A DNA stretch of 64,000 nt from Bacteriovoracia bacterium (GCA_050251055.1 JBFWNL010000002.1:256001-320000); one strand, 5' to 3'; shown: positions 26,868-39,247, counted from the stretch's first letter. The notes: generated by a model from the sequence alone, not told the origin. Made by a program: numbers and translations.

Positions 26868-28544
26868 TTAGCTATCCCAGCTTTTGGCGATGGGTACTCT
26901 CCGGCCAATCCCAAATGCCTTGGGGCTAGTTTTAAGGGCGGGCGCGGCCTGCCGACGCTTGTATTCGTTGAGCTCGACCCGACGTAAAGTCTCCTTCACC
27001 CAGCCCACCTTCGCCAGCCGCGAACCGTGGGTTTTCTCAAGCTCTGCCATCGAAAGCCCCCCTTCCAGATAGTCTTCCAACAAAGGGTCGAGCACCTCAT
27101 AGGGAGGGAGCGTATCGGAATCCTTCTGGTTCGGCCGCAACTCGGCGGTCGGCTCGCGCGTGATCGAGCGTTCAGGAATCGGGTGGCCCCAGGCTGAATT
27201 CAAGTGCTTGGCCAACTCATACACTCGCAGCTTAAATAGATCGCCGATTGGATCGAGTGCGCCCACCATATCGCCATAAAGGGTGGAGTAGCCCATCGCG
27301 AGTTCGGATTTGTTACCGGTGGTGAGCACGAGCGCGCCGTAGTGATTGGCGAGGGTCATTAAAATGGTTCCGCGCAGGCGCGATTGCAAATTCTCAAGCG
27401 AGAGCGGCGCGAGTTCTCCGCGTCGCTCCGCAAGTTCCCGTGAGAGGGTGGCGTAGATGAATTTAATGGGGCGTACCTCGAGGCTGACCTTCAGATTCTT
27501 AGCGAGCGCTTCGGCGTCGGCGAGGCTGTCCGGCGACGAGTACTGGCTCGGCATCGCGATGCCCATCACGTTCCCGGGGCCGAGCGCCTTAGCCGCGAGC
27601 GTGGCGACGAGCGCGGAATCGATGCCGCCGCTGAGACCGATGATCGCCTTTTTGAAGCCCGTGCGTTCGAAGTACGAGCGGATCCCGAGTACGAGCGCGC
27701 GCGCTAGTCCTTCGATCTCCGCGGGCGCATCGACCGCCGCCGGCGTTGGCCCCTGCCACTGGACTTGGCCGGAATCGCTCACACGCACCAAGGCGAAAGC
27801 GTTTTCACAAACCGGCAAACGGCCCGCCAGGGTGCCCGAACTACTCACGGCGAATGAAGCGCCATCGAAAATAATCTCGTCGGTCGCGCCCACCTGGTTC
27901 ACGTATACCAGCGGGACGTTCAGGCTCTTCGCCACGCCCGCGTGCAGGGTTTCCCGCCGTTCGCGCTTATGCATCTGGTAGGGACTTGCGCTCATGGAAA
28001 TCAGCAGATCCGCCTCGCATTCGCGATAGCGGTCGATGGGGGGCTTCGCGTAAAGCCGCTGCCCCTGAATGGATTCGTCGGCCCAAAGGTCCTCGCAAAT
28101 CGCGAAGGCCACGCGCCGACCATCGCAGGTCCAGACGTCCACCTTCTGGGCGGGCTCGAAATAGCGGGCTTCATCGAAAACATCGTAAGTCGGCAGCAAG
28201 GTCTTGGCTTGGCGGAAAACTTCCTCGCCATTTTCCAAGACACAGAGAGAATTCTGCGCCGGGCGGCCGTGCGGAGCGGGATTGCGGGTAACCAAACCCA
28301 CCGCGAGCGCGCATTTCTGCCCGCGGGTAGCGGCTTTCACTTCCGCCAGCGCTCTCTCGCAGCGCTCGAAGATCTCTTTTCGCTCCAGCAAATCATGCGG
28401 AGGATATCCGCACAAAGAGAGCTCTGGCGTGATCAGCAGGCGCGCGCCCGTTTTGAGCGCCGTCGCGTAAGCTTCAATGATCTTTTTGACGTTACCGTCG
28501 AACGCCCCGACGATCGGATCGATCTGCGCGACGGCGATGTCCAT
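26868..28544 (-). CDS. nadE: Glutamine-dependent NAD+ synthetase
   Basis: Nitrilase domain PEL..GYPP, LPTYDVFDEARYF, ICEDLW; GLSGGIDS, ENLQSRLRG, TGNKSE, PTAELRPNQKD. Confidence 0.95.
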   Translation of the reverse strand: MDIAVAQIDPIVGAFDGNVKKIIEAYATALKTGARLLITPELSLCGYPPHDLLERKEIFERCERALAEVKAATRGQKCALAVGLVTRNPAPHGRPAQNSLCVLENGEEVFRQAKTLLPTYDVFDEARYFEPAQKVDVWTCDGRRVAFAICEDLWADESIQGQRLYAKPPIDRYRECEADLLISMSASPYQMHKRERRETLHAGVAKSLNVPLVYVNQVGATDEIIFDGASFAVSSSGTLAGRLPVCENAFALVRVSDSGQVQWQGPTPAAVDAPAEIEGLARALVLGIRSYFERTGFKKAIIGLSGGIDSALVATLAAKALGPGNVMGIAMPSQYSSPDSLADAEALAKNLKVSLEVRPIKFIYATLSRELAERRGELAPLSLENLQSRLRGTILMTLANHYGALVLTTGNKSELAMGYSTLYGDMVGALDPIGDLFKLRVYELAKHLNSAWGHPIPERSITREPTAELRPNQKDSDTLPPYEVLDPLLEDYLEGGLSMAELEKTHGSRLAKVGWVKETLRRVELNEYKRRQAAPALKTSPKAFGIGRRVPIAKSWDS

Positions 28545-28565
28545 GGGACGCCTAAGCCGGAGCGC

Positions 28566-28994
28566 CTAGAAGCGCTTCTGGACTTCGCTCTTGTCGAAGA
28601 AGTAAGCGATCTCGCGTTTGGCGGAGTTCGCGCTATCGGAGCCATGCACGGCGTTGGCTTCGATGCTATCGGCGAAGTCCTTACGGATGGTGCCCGGGTT
28701 GGCTTTGGCCGGATCGGTGGCACCCATGATTTCGCGGTTGAGCGCGATGGCATTTTCGCCTTCGAGTACCATCAACATCACTGGGCCGCTCGTCATGAAA
28801 TGTACGAGGCTTTGGAAAAATGGGCGTTCCTTGTGCTCGATGTAGAAACCTTCGGCCTTCTCGCGCGTCAGCTGCGTGAACTTCGCCGCCGCCACCCGCA
28901 AGCCGCGCTTCTCGAAGCGAGTCATGATTTCGCCCATCGCATTCTTTTGAACCGCGTTCGGCTTGATGATGGAAAAGGTTTGTTCGAGTGCCAT
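28566..28994 (-). CDS. ndk: Nucleoside diphosphate kinase
   Basis: [21 protein letters not shown]. Confidence 0.97.
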   Translation of the reverse strand: MALEQTFSIIKPNAVQKNAMGEIMTRFEKRGLRVAAAKFTQLTREKAEGFYIEHKERPFFQSLVHFMTSGPVMLMVLEGENAIALNREIMGATDPAKANPGTIRKDFADSIEANAVHGSDSANSAKREIAYFFDKSEVQKRF

Positions 28995-29087
28995 GAAGTG
29001 TCTCCGTATAAAAATTTCGTGGTTGGAAAATAACTACTGGATTTGACCGAAAAGTACCAGCGAAAATATCACTGCAACGCGTCAATA

Positions 29088-30809
29088 TCAGGGTTTCTGC
29101 AGGATCCCCTTTAGAAGCACTTTATCGTCAATTTGGCTCAAAAATACGGTTTTCCAGCGATGACCCAGAAACTCGATTTCCCGGTCCCCCGCCGATTGAA
29201 CATATTTCTGCCGATCCGGTTTGACCGCGAGCAAAATGCCGATTTCCGGTAACTCCCCGAGCGACCGTAGTTGCCGAATGGCCTCCGGATGCCCCATCGG
29301 ACGGCCGATGGAAGCAAAGCACGGCCGGCACTCCGACAGAAAGGAAAACTGGTTGGATTGCCAATAGTCGTCCGACAGCACAAAGGGGACACCCCCCCCC
29401 CGAAACGTCCGGATCACCTCGATGCGAAAATCGCGCTCGCGAAGGAGTGCGGGATCCTGGACGTTAGCGACACGGACCGCGAAATGGGAGGCCGCGAAGA
29501 GCGCGAGCAACGCGGTAAGCACGCCGCGCACGTTGCGCGACGGATGGGCCGACGCGGCCTGGGCCACCGCGCCCAAGGCTACCACCAAAAAAGGGAGGCT
29601 CGGCGCTAAGTACCGGTCTTCGCCCGACGTGTAGGTGCGAACGAGTAAAAACGCTACGCCACAAAGCGCCGCTCCCCACGCGACGGGCACAAAGCGCGCT
29701 CCCCTAGTCCCTCGCTTTCCGCTCAATCGCGCGGCAATCATACCCACGCCCAAGGCCAGTACCGCCACCGCGAGCAGGCGAAAAAATACGGGCTCCCCGG
29801 CACCGAAGATATTCGTTAGGGCTACCGGCAACCGCGGCAACGTCTGCGCTAATCCTCCGAGCGGTGAAAGCTGGCCCGTCACGAAATCCACGTACACCTG
29901 CCGGGTCAGCCAGCCGTAGACTTGCGGCGAAAATCCGAGCGCGAATCCGGCCGCCACGCATCCCAGGCGCGGCCAAAACCGCGCATTCCGCCACGGACGG
30001 CGGGACGCCACCCAGGTCGCGGCCGCCACGACCCCGGCCACCAGCAGATTCGGCCGGGAGTCGAGCTTGATCACTCGTTCGCCCACTCGGAAAAGTTCGC
30101 GACCAAAGATCTCGACGTAGAAAAAAAGCGCCACGAAAAAGTAAGAAACCCAGTACCCTTTACGTCGCGCCCGCAACGCATCGACAATGGCGGCTTTCAC
30201 CTCGGAGAAGTTCACCCAAAAAACGAAGACATAAATCAACCCGGGACTCCAGGTATACACCGCGAGCCCGCTGAGACCTCCCGCCCAAAAGAGCGCACGA
30301 GGGCTCATTTCCCGGAAAGGATCGGCGTAGCGAGCCCGCCACGCCAGCAATGCCATGCCGATGAGGAGTGTGGCGTGCAAGAAGTCGTGCTGACCGACGT
30401 ACCGCCAGTACTGCAAACCCACCGCGCACACGAGCCCGCCCACGAGCGCGGCCCGCCCATCGAAATAGGCCCGCAGCAATCCATATGCAAAAAGCGCGAA
30501 GAGCGTCGGCGCGAAGACAAACGAGAAGAACAGGTGACTATTGACGGAAGGCGCGCGCCAAATGCCGCCGGCCAGTACCGTGTATACCGCGGTCACGACG
30601 GCGCGCAGATTGGTGAGCGTCGTACCCCCGTACGGGTGATCGAAATAAAAAGGCATCCACCCCTGACGCCAATACCAGTCCGAGGCGGCGGGCACAGTGG
30701 CCAGGTCGGCGTCCACCCACGCGGAGCCCACCGGAACGAGAAAAAAATGAGTAATCCCGGAGACCGCGGCGATCACTAGCCACGGCCAGAACGGAGCGCG
30801 CGGGCGCAA
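29088..30809 (-). CDS. Polytopic membrane protein, probable GT-C glycosyltransferase (ArnT/PMT-like)
   Basis: About a dozen hydrophobic segments; acidic DAD after TM1, PFYFDHPYGG loop, RYL motif, C-terminal DYW soluble domain. Confidence 0.6.
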   Translation of the reverse strand: MRPRAPFWPWLVIAAVSGITHFFLVPVGSAWVDADLATVPAASDWYWRQGWMPFYFDHPYGGTTLTNLRAVVTAVYTVLAGGIWRAPSVNSHLFFSFVFAPTLFALFAYGLLRAYFDGRAALVGGLVCAVGLQYWRYVGQHDFLHATLLIGMALLAWRARYADPFREMSPRALFWAGGLSGLAVYTWSPGLIYVFVFWVNFSEVKAAIVDALRARRKGYWVSYFFVALFFYVEIFGRELFRVGERVIKLDSRPNLLVAGVVAAATWVASRRPWRNARFWPRLGCVAAGFALGFSPQVYGWLTRQVYVDFVTGQLSPLGGLAQTLPRLPVALTNIFGAGEPVFFRLLAVAVLALGVGMIAARLSGKRGTRGARFVPVAWGAALCGVAFLLVRTYTSGEDRYLAPSLPFLVVALGAVAQAASAHPSRNVRGVLTALLALFAASHFAVRVANVQDPALLRERDFRIEVIRTFRGGGVPFVLSDDYWQSNQFSFLSECRPCFASIGRPMGHPEAIRQLRSLGELPEIGILLAVKPDRQKYVQSAGDREIEFLGHRWKTVFLSQIDDKVLLKGILQKP

Positions 30810-30817
30810 TCAGCCGC

Positions 30818-31045
30818 CTAGTCGGAAACCTGATCGGGCCCGAACTCCACTGGCGGCGGTACAACATCGATCAGGGAGTGGTCCACCCCCAGCTCAACGT
30901 CCGCGTTGAACTCCGGCGTGAGCTCCGCGGCCGCGCTTTCGGTCGTGATCTGGTCGGTCTCCAAGGTGTAGTCCTCCGCCCAGACCGACGTGCTCGTCAA
31001 GGCGAAGGCGAGAGCGATGAATTTCCAAGGCTGGGAAGTCCACAT
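30818..31045 (-). CDS. Small acidic secreted protein
   Basis: AAAGGA SD; signal peptide ending VWA|E; Asp/Glu-rich mature part. Confidence 0.55.
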   Translation of the reverse strand: MWTSQPWKFIALAFALTSTSVWAEDYTLETDQITTESAAAELTPEFNADVELGVDHSLIDVVPPPVEFGPDQVSD

Positions 31046-31049
31046 AGAA

Positions 31050-31922
31050 TTATCCTTTCACGACGGAGGCGAGGGTTTTGCCTAGGTCCGCGGGGCTGCG
31101 CGCGATCTTGCAACCGGCGGATTGCAGCGCCTGGAACTTCTCTTCGGCGGTGCCCTTCCCGCCCGAGATGATGGCGCCCGCATGGCCCATGCGTTTGCCC
31201 GGAGGCGCCGTCGCGCCGCCAATGAAGCCAACCACGGGCTTCTTGAACTCCCGCTTGATGTACTCCGCCGCTTCCTCTTCCGCCGTGCCGCCAATTTCGC
31301 CGATCATGATCACGCCCTGGGTGTTCGCATCGGCGTTGAAAGCCTCCAGCACATCAATGAAGTTCGTGCCGTTGACGGGGTCGCCGCCGATACCCACGCA
31401 GGTGCTCTGGCCGATGCCGAGCTGGGTGAGCTGGAAAACCGCTTCGTACGTGAGCGTACCAGAGCGCGAAACCACGCCGATACCGCCCGCCTTGTGAATG
31501 TGGCCCGGCATGATGCCGATCTTGCATTGGCCGGGAGTAATGATGCCCGGGCAGTTCGGGCCAATCAAACGCGATTTCGTCGACTTCAAATAGCGCTTGG
31601 TCGCGAGCATGTCGCGAACCGGAATCCCTTCGGTGATACAGGTAATGAGGGCAATGCCCGCATCGGCCGCTTCGCAAATCGCATCGGCCGCGAACGGGGG
31701 CGGAACGAAGATCATCGTGGCATTCGCGCCCGTTTTCTTCACCGCTTCCTCAACCGTATCAAAAACCGGGAAACCTTCGTGAGTAGTGCCGCCCTTGCCC
31801 GGGGTCACGCCGCCGACCACCTTCGTGCCGTAATCACGACAGCCTTTCGCGTGAAAGGTGCCCTGTTCACCGGTCAATCCCTGCACAATCAGTTTCGTGT
31901 TGTTATCTACCCAAATGGCCAT
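31050..31922 (-). CDS. sucD: Succinyl-CoA synthetase alpha subunit
   Basis: [31 protein letters not shown]. Confidence 0.97.
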   Translation of the reverse strand: MAIWVDNNTKLIVQGLTGEQGTFHAKGCRDYGTKVVGGVTPGKGGTTHEGFPVFDTVEEAVKKTGANATMIFVPPPFAADAICEAADAGIALITCITEGIPVRDMLATKRYLKSTKSRLIGPNCPGIITPGQCKIGIMPGHIHKAGGIGVVSRSGTLTYEAVFQLTQLGIGQSTCVGIGGDPVNGTNFIDVLEAFNADANTQGVIMIGEIGGTAEEEAAEYIKREFKKPVVGFIGGATAPPGKRMGHAGAIISGGKGTAEEKFQALQSAGCKIARSPADLGKTLASVVKG

Positions 31923-31949
31923 GGTTTTCTCCGCCTAATCCTTTAAAAG

Positions 31950-33134
31950 TTACTTGAGCGCCGCGACGACTTTCTTCGCCGCATCACCGAGATCGTCCGC
32001 CGCCGTGATCTTCAATCCGGAGCCGGCCAGAATCTTTTTCCCCATCTCCACGTTCGTACCTTCTAAGCGCACGACCAGCGGCACCTTGAGCTCAAGCTCC
32101 TTCGCCGCCGCGATCACCCCTTCGGCGATGACGTCGCACTTCATAATGCCGCCGAAAATGTTCACCAAAATGGCCTTCACCTTCGGGTCTTTTAAAATAA
32201 TCTTAAATGCCGCCGTGACCTTCTCTTTGTTCGCGCCGCCGCCCACATCGAGAAAGTTGGCCGGTTCACCGCCATGCAGTTTAATGATGTCCATGGTGGC
32301 CATCGCCAAACCCGCCCCGTTGACCAGGCAGCCGATATTGCCGTCGAGCGCGATGTAGGCGAGATCGTACTTCGACGCCTCCACGTCCTGGGCGTTCTCT
32401 TCCTGGATGTCCCGCATCTCGACGATCTCGGGGTGACGAAACAAACCGTTGTCATCGAAGTTAAGCTTCGCGTCGAGCGCGGCGACCTTTCCCTCTTTAG
32501 TAAGGATCATCGGATTAATCTCGACCTGGGAACAATCCGTCTGCATGAAGCAGTTGAAGACACCGCGAAAGAAGCCCACCGCTTCCTTGGTTTGCTCACC
32601 GGTAAGGCCCAAGGCTTTCGCCAAGCGACGCCCATGAAACGGTTGGAACCCAAGGGTCGGATCAATCGCGACCTTGATGATTTTTTCCGGATGCTTGTGC
32701 GCGACTTCCTCGATCTCCATCCCACCTTCGGTGGAGGCCATCATGATGACTTGGGAGATCGCGCGGTCGATCACGACGCCAAGGTAAAACTCCTTGGCGA
32801 TGTTCGAGCCTTCCTCGATCCAGACTTTGTGAACCTTCTTGCCCTTGGCGCCGGTCTGCGGCGTGACCAGGGTCTTACCCATGATGTCCTGAGCGGCGGC
32901 TTTCACTTCATCGAGGGATTTGCAAACCTTCACGCCCCCCGCCTTGCCGCGGCCGCCGGCGTGGATTTGAGCCTTCACCACCCACACCGTATTGCCGCGT
33001 TCCTTCGCAAGCTCCTTGGCCGCGGTTTCCGCGTGGCCCGCGACATTGCCGCCTTCTTCGATCAGGCGGCCTTCGGGCACGCGCACGCCGAACTTTTTCA
33101 GAACCTGCTTGGCTTGGTATTCATGAATGTTCAC
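31950..33134 (-). CDS. sucC: Succinyl-CoA synthetase beta subunit
   Basis: [43 protein letters not shown]. Confidence 0.97.
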   Translation of the reverse strand: MNIHEYQAKQVLKKFGVRVPEGRLIEEGGNVAGHAETAAKELAKERGNTVWVVKAQIHAGGRGKAGGVKVCKSLDEVKAAAQDIMGKTLVTPQTGAKGKKVHKVWIEEGSNIAKEFYLGVVIDRAISQVIMMASTEGGMEIEEVAHKHPEKIIKVAIDPTLGFQPFHGRRLAKALGLTGEQTKEAVGFFRGVFNCFMQTDCSQVEINPMILTKEGKVAALDAKLNFDDNGLFRHPEIVEMRDIQEENAQDVEASKYDLAYIALDGNIGCLVNGAGLAMATMDIIKLHGGEPANFLDVGGGANKEKVTAAFKIILKDPKVKAILVNIFGGIMKCDVIAEGVIAAAKELELKVPLVVRLEGTNVEMGKKILAGSGLKITAADDLGDAAKKVVAALK

Positions 33135-33169
33135 TGATTATCCCCCCAAAACGTACTGCGATTCAAAAT

Positions 33170-33200
33170 GGTCCTGCGCCCGAGGTGCGGGCGCAGGACC
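33170..33200 (-). terminator. 13-bp hairpin after mdh (terminator or processing/stability element)
   Basis: GGTCCTGCGCCCG-5nt-CGGGCGCAGGACC, followed on the minus strand by ATTTTG. Confidence 0.65.
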
Positions 33201-33206
33201 CTAAAA

Positions 33207-34289
<1,083 letters not shown>

Positions 34290-34325
34290 TTAGCGCCAAG
34301 CGAACCAAATGACTCGCTGCGCTGA

Positions 34326-35651
34326 CTACATTTTAGCGATGACCGCGTCGCCGAATTCCGAGCACTTAATTTCGGCTACGCCGGCTTGACCTTCTTGGGT
34401 CATCAGGCGAGCGAAATCGTAGGTCACGCGTTTGGCGCCGATCGCCCCGTCCATGCCCTTGATGATCAGGTCGGCGGCTTCCGTCCACCCCATGTAGCGC
34501 AACATCATCTCGCCCGACAGGATCACGGAACCCGGGTTCACCTTGTCCTGATTGGCGTACTTCGGGGCCGTGCCGTGCGTGGCTTCGAACACCGCGTGGC
34601 CAGTCTTATAGTTGATATTGCCGCCCGGGGCGATGCCGATACCACCCACTTGCGCGGCCAAAGCGTCGGACAGGTAGTCGCCGTTGAGGTTCAGGGTCGC
34701 GATCACGTCGAACTCCGCCGGACGCGTGAGTACCTGCTGGAGCGTGATGTCGGCGATCGAGTCCTTGATGATGAGCTTACCTTCTTTTTCGGCCGCCTTC
34801 ATCTCCGCGTTCGCGGCTTCCTCGCCTTTTTCCTTTTTGGTCTTTTCCCACTTATCCCAGGTATAGACCTGGGCGCCGAACTCGCGCTCGGCCAGCTCGT
34901 AGCCCCAGGTGCGGAAGCCGCCCTCGGTGAACTTCATGATGTTGCCCTTGTGCACGAGCGTGAGCGATTTGCACTTATTAGCGAAGGCGTATTCCAAGGC
35001 GGAGCGCACCAGGCGCTCGGTGCCCTCGCGTGACACTGGCTTCACGCCGATGCCGGTCGTTTCCGGGAAACGAATTTTCTCGTAAGCCTTCGGGAAGTTT
35101 TCCTTCAGCAACGAGAGGAATTTCTTCGCGTCGGCGCTGCCGGCTTCGAACTCGATGCCGGCGTAGATGTCTTCGGTGTTCTCGCGGAAAATCGTCATGC
35201 TGACTTTTTCCGGAGTCTTCACGGGCGAAGGCACGCCCTTGAACCAGCGCACGGGGCGCAGGCAGGTGTAAAGATCGAGCATCTGGCGCAAAGCCACGTT
35301 CAACGAACGGATGCCGCCGCCGATCGGAGTGGTCAAAGGCCCCTTGATCGAAACCAAGTAATGTCGGCAAGCCGTGATGGTGTCTTCGGGAAGCCAGCTG
35401 TTAAACTTGTTGAAGGACTTTTCGCCGGCGTAAACTTCGAACCATTCGATCTTGCGCTTGCCGCCGTAGGCTTTCTTAACGGCCGCATCAAACACCTTTT
35501 GCGATGCGCGCCAGATATCGGGGCCCGTGCCGTCGCCTTCGATGAACGGGATGATGGGATGATCCGGAACCACGAGCTTGCCGTTCTGGATGGAGCAGAC
35601 TTCGCCCGCAGTCGGGGCCTTCAGACTTTGAAAATTAGGATGTTGAGCCAT
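34326..35651 (-). CDS. icd: NADP-dependent isocitrate dehydrogenase
   Basis: [58 protein letters not shown]. Confidence 0.97.
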   Translation of the reverse strand: MAQHPNFQSLKAPTAGEVCSIQNGKLVVPDHPIIPFIEGDGTGPDIWRASQKVFDAAVKKAYGGKRKIEWFEVYAGEKSFNKFNSWLPEDTITACRHYLVSIKGPLTTPIGGGIRSLNVALRQMLDLYTCLRPVRWFKGVPSPVKTPEKVSMTIFRENTEDIYAGIEFEAGSADAKKFLSLLKENFPKAYEKIRFPETTGIGVKPVSREGTERLVRSALEYAFANKCKSLTLVHKGNIMKFTEGGFRTWGYELAEREFGAQVYTWDKWEKTKKEKGEEAANAEMKAAEKEGKLIIKDSIADITLQQVLTRPAEFDVIATLNLNGDYLSDALAAQVGGIGIAPGGNINYKTGHAVFEATHGTAPKYANQDKVNPGSVILSGEMMLRYMGWTEAADLIIKGMDGAIGAKRVTYDFARLMTQEGQAGVAEIKCSEFGDAVIAKM

Positions 35652-35658
35652 GCGCCCT

Positions 35659-35688
35659 ACGATAGCGCAGGGGGCCCGGATTATTCAA
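35659..35688 (-). promoter_or_regulatory. Sigma-70 promoter, probably leaderless
   Basis: TTGAAT-18nt-TATCGT, 7 nt before icd ATG, no SD. Confidence 0.55.
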
Positions 35689-37255
35689 GGTTATACGGCT
35701 GATAATTGATGCTGACCGAATCGCCCGCGCCCAAGCCATTGATGAGATTATTATCGGTGATCGTCAGGACGCGACCGTTCACCGTGAACTGGTTCGGCTG
35801 GACTTGGTAAACGGTACCGTTTGCATAGATGATCTTCACGATCATCCATTCGATATGGTCGGGCGTGTAAGTCAGATGAAACTGAGCTTTCTTTTCGATG
35901 ATCTTGAGGCCAATCGCCTCGAGTAACGGCGCGTAATCCGTGGAATCGACGTTCATGACGAGCGATCCATTCGCTACCTCGTCCACTAAAAGCCCAAAAC
36001 GATAACCGCGGGTACCGGTTCCGGTCGTGCGCTGGATCGAAACCGCGAAATAGTTCGGATCACCGCCGGCACCGGACTCATCCAATGTGCGGAAAAACCC
36101 ATCCAGGCTGTCCTTGAAATCGCCTATCGGTAATTCCCAAGCCGGGTCCGGACAATCGGACGGTCCATACGTGATGCCTTGAGCATCGGTATGCCTACAA
36201 ATCGCGTTCGAAGTGATGTAATGGCTGTTGGGCGTGCTCTGATTCGGATCAAAGAGCATGCTTTGGTCGTCTTCATCCCCGACAAAAACCACCACCCGCA
36301 ACGAGCCCGGGCGAAAGAAGCGAGTAATCGGATCGCTTTCGTTATCGTTCAAGAGCTGGAGCACCGACTGCATCGAACGCTCCGAGCCCGAGCCCATGGT
36401 GGATACGCTGGCGTTCACCATGAAATCCTTCACCAACTGATCGATCCAGGCCTGGTCGCCCGGCACGCCCGCAGGCGGCATGGTCGTGATGATCGGCTTA
36501 CCGCTACGAACCGTGTTGTTCATATGCGTGTTCACGCATTGGCTTTCGCTGGTTTGCGCACCCACGGGATTCAGGCATCTTTCCACACCCGTACCGTATT
36601 GCGCCTGCGCCGGATCGTCCCGTCGATAGCAGTTCAGCGGGGCATCCATGAAGTTCGAGGTGTCAGACTTTTCCCAGCACATGCTCAAGTCAGGCCCGTC
36701 GTGAACGCCGGGCAGGAGCTTCGCGTAGTTTTGCGCGAGTTGTGGCTTGATGTCTTTGATCTTCACGCCAGCCGCGGGGCCCCGCCAGCGGCTCGTGGCC
36801 GCGTGCCAGGTAATCAGGCTCGGCGCCCAGGGCTGGTTGGTGTAAGGGGCGGAGCGCGCGTTCGCGCCGATCCCGTTCAAGTAGTTGGAAGCATAACCGT
36901 TCGCCACCACCGTGCCCGAAATGGGCGTCACGTTAATGTAGTTAGAAAACGACGCGTGCGCCAGGTAGGTATCGCTGCGGATCACGGCCGTGCGAATGTC
37001 CCACGTGGGTTTCATGTATTGCTGGGCAAAACTCGCAAAGCCCTGTCGCAGCTTTTGCTGCACGGGCTCCATGCTGCCGGAGTTGTCCACGACCCAAAGC
37101 AAGTCGAGCTTCGTGTTGAAATCGATCAAAGCCGGAAAAGACTGTTCTTGCTGCAGGTAGCGAAAGGAATTGGGCAACTGGCCGGTGCAAGCCGTGGCAA
37201 GCGTAAGCAATAGCGCCATGCCCTGGAACAGTGGTTTGCGCTGGGTGTTTTTCAT
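35681..37255 (-). CDS. VWA-like (MIDAS) lipoprotein
   Basis: Lipobox ATA|C; [37 protein letters not shown]. Confidence 0.8.
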   Translation of the reverse strand: MKNTQRKPLFQGMALLLTLATACTGQLPNSFRYLQQEQSFPALIDFNTKLDLLWVVDNSGSMEPVQQKLRQGFASFAQQYMKPTWDIRTAVIRSDTYLAHASFSNYINVTPISGTVVANGYASNYLNGIGANARSAPYTNQPWAPSLITWHAATSRWRGPAAGVKIKDIKPQLAQNYAKLLPGVHDGPDLSMCWEKSDTSNFMDAPLNCYRRDDPAQAQYGTGVERCLNPVGAQTSESQCVNTHMNNTVRSGKPIITTMPPAGVPGDQAWIDQLVKDFMVNASVSTMGSGSERSMQSVLQLLNDNESDPITRFFRPGSLRVVVFVGDEDDQSMLFDPNQSTPNSHYITSNAICRHTDAQGITYGPSDCPDPAWELPIGDFKDSLDGFFRTLDESGAGGDPNYFAVSIQRTTGTGTRGYRFGLLVDEVANGSLVMNVDSTDYAPLLEAIGLKIIEKKAQFHLTYTPDHIEWMIVKIIYANGTVYQVQPNQFTVNGRVLTITDNNLINGLGAGDSVSINYQPYNLE

Positions 37256-37391
37256 AGAGCGACCTATTCCGTTTCTACCCTAAAAACTAAATATTAATAA
37301 CAATATTAGAATAAATTAATTTTTAAGAAAATGCAACACCAGTCAATTAATTAAATTTAATATATTGATATTATTAAACTTTATCTACAAT

Positions 37392-37427
37392 GAAGAAAAA
37401 TGGCCTGACTCTCCGGAGAGCCAGGCC
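37392..37427 (-). terminator. Intrinsic terminator
   Basis: Minus strand GGCCTGGCTCTC-CG-GAGAGTCAGGCC then ATTTTTCTT, downstream of the 38353-37466 gene. Confidence 0.75.
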
Positions 37428-37465
37428 TTCTTCCTCACTCATTGCCGAATTGGGAAGCTAAATGC

Positions 37466-38353
37466 CTATTTCAAGACGCACTGAAGACGGGCCAAGTCCT
37501 GCACGAATTTAACCTTCCCCGAAACGAATTCTCGGTGAATCGCTGCCTGCGCCGTAAACGTCCGACTCAGATCAAATGTTCCGCGCAATAGCAGGCTCTT
37601 CTCCTCCATATACCAAGGCACCCACTTCACCGTCCCATCCACCTGGGGCATCGAAATGAGCTCTGGAGACTCCGCCACGTAAACGACCACGTCGGCCACG
37701 AGCGGACTGCCGGCAAAAACCACCCGAACCCGCAAGGAGCCCTGCTGCTCCCCCAAGACGCGGGGCAAACCATTGGCGTCGAAATATTGCGAAGTCGCCG
37801 GCATCCCCGTCAGGCTCGACCATCGAGTCCAAGTACGTTCCTCGTTCGTCACCGTTTCTCGAACCTGGACGCGACACTCTAGCTGCTGACTCGAATTCGC
37901 CGGACGGTTCTTAATCAAACCCAAGAGACGTCCAGAAACCAAGAACCCCTCGTCCGCCAGGCGGAGAATACCGAGGTACTCATGAAGCACGAGGGTAATT
38001 CGGGCATCGGTATCGAGCTGCGCCCAACGGGTACGGCTAAGTTCGATTTTCTTGACGTCGGGGTAATTGATCGCGTCCACTTCACGACGGCCCCGCGCAT
38101 CCTCTAGGTAAGCATGATCGATTGAGGTCACTTGCGTGGCGTCAATCGCCTTCGCCAGTTCTTCCGAAGCAATTTCCGGGAATTGATCGGCGTAGGCTCG
38201 AACGTAACCCAAAGCGCCTCGCCCCATCGCCGTAAACTCCAAGGCGTATGCGTCACCGCCGCCACCCACACCAGTGGCCCCTCCACCACCTTCGACGCCG
38301 GCCACCGCTGACAAGCCCCATGCGAGCACTAGGATACTAACTATTTTTTTCAT
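37466..38353 (-). CDS. Secreted protein with N-terminal GGGGD motif and HEYLG motif
   Basis: Signal peptide AVA|G, GVGGGGDAYALEF, VDAINYP, LVLHEYLGI. Confidence 0.75.
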   Translation of the reverse strand: MKKIVSILVLAWGLSAVAGVEGGGGATGVGGGGDAYALEFTAMGRGALGYVRAYADQFPEIASEELAKAIDATQVTSIDHAYLEDARGRREVDAINYPDVKKIELSRTRWAQLDTDARITLVLHEYLGILRLADEGFLVSGRLLGLIKNRPANSSQQLECRVQVRETVTNEERTWTRWSSLTGMPATSQYFDANGLPRVLGEQQGSLRVRVVFAGSPLVADVVVYVAESPELISMPQVDGTVKWVPWYMEEKSLLLRGTFDLSRTFTAQAAIHREFVSGKVKFVQDLARLQCVLK

Positions 38354-39170
38354 TTCGACTCTCCTTCGCAGTTTTAGTTAATGGGAAAAATTGAACATTC
38401 AACTGGTAAACTTCTTCTCTCTCGCCCTCGGTTAGAAAGTGGGCCATCTCTTTCTGGAAATTTTGAATGCGCCGCTTGGCCTCATCTAAACGATCCAGCC
38501 GAATCGCCATCGTCATGCCGGAAATGGAACGCGCCTCGAAGTCAGCCTCCTTCGTTCGCTGAAGCTCCTCCCGTGCCCGCTCAATCATCTGCTGATGGAA
38601 GCTGCGAATTTCTGGCGCCGATCGGCTCGTGGGGAAGAAAACCTTTTCCCGAGATTTACGTAAAACACCCCGCTGCAGAGTCAGTAAGCCCAATGACTCC
38701 AAACGCTCGATCGCGGTACGCGCCTCCCCGGTCTCGATCCCCAACCGCTGCGCGATCCAGTTCGGATCGTCACGGAATCCTCGAGTGGTGCTCAAATCCA
38801 AGATCGCCACATGATGCCATTGGCTGATCACCCGGAACTTCTCTAGGCCCAAATCCTCGAAGAGCGCCTGCGCGACCCGTTCCGCTCGACGCGCGCGCGC
38901 GGACTCGACCCTACCGGTTCGCTTCGCGTTCGCCGGAAGCGCAAGCAAGGTCCACTCAAGGAGCTGCTCGGCCTGCGCACGATCCAACCCCAAAAGCACA
39001 CTGACCTGCATCGCCTGCTTCGCCGTAAGGGGACGCTTCCCGTTCATCACCATGCTCAGCAGCGCTTGGCTCATGCCCAGGTCCCGCGCGAAAGCACGCG
39101 TCGAATAGGAAGGATTGCGTGCTCGACGTTCCCGAAAAACACTGCGGATAAACTCGGCCGGTTTCGTCAT
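38337..39170 (-). CDS. TIGR02147-family HTH / DUF4423 protein
   Basis: NPSYSTRAFARDLGMS..LS..MNGKR HTH; ISQWHHVAI, IAQRLGI, FHQQMI, EVYQLNVQFFPLT. Confidence 0.88.
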   Translation of the reverse strand: MTKPAEFIRSVFRERRARNPSYSTRAFARDLGMSQALLSMVMNGKRPLTAKQAMQVSVLLGLDRAQAEQLLEWTLLALPANAKRTGRVESARARRAERVAQALFEDLGLEKFRVISQWHHVAILDLSTTRGFRDDPNWIAQRLGIETGEARTAIERLESLGLLTLQRGVLRKSREKVFFPTSRSAPEIRSFHQQMIERAREELQRTKEADFEARSISGMTMAIRLDRLDEAKRRIQNFQKEMAHFLTEGEREEVYQLNVQFFPLTKTAKESRNEKNS

Positions 39171-39247
39171 GGGAGCACAGCTAACGCGAGCGATTGCCGC
39201 CGTCCACGGCTTTTAATCAAAGTGATTACAAATGTGATCCGGCGCAG

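Noticed and set aside
37331-37346. Sigma-54 site upstream of the VWA lipoprotein
   Set aside because: TTGC is present on the minus strand but there is no GG at the -24 position.
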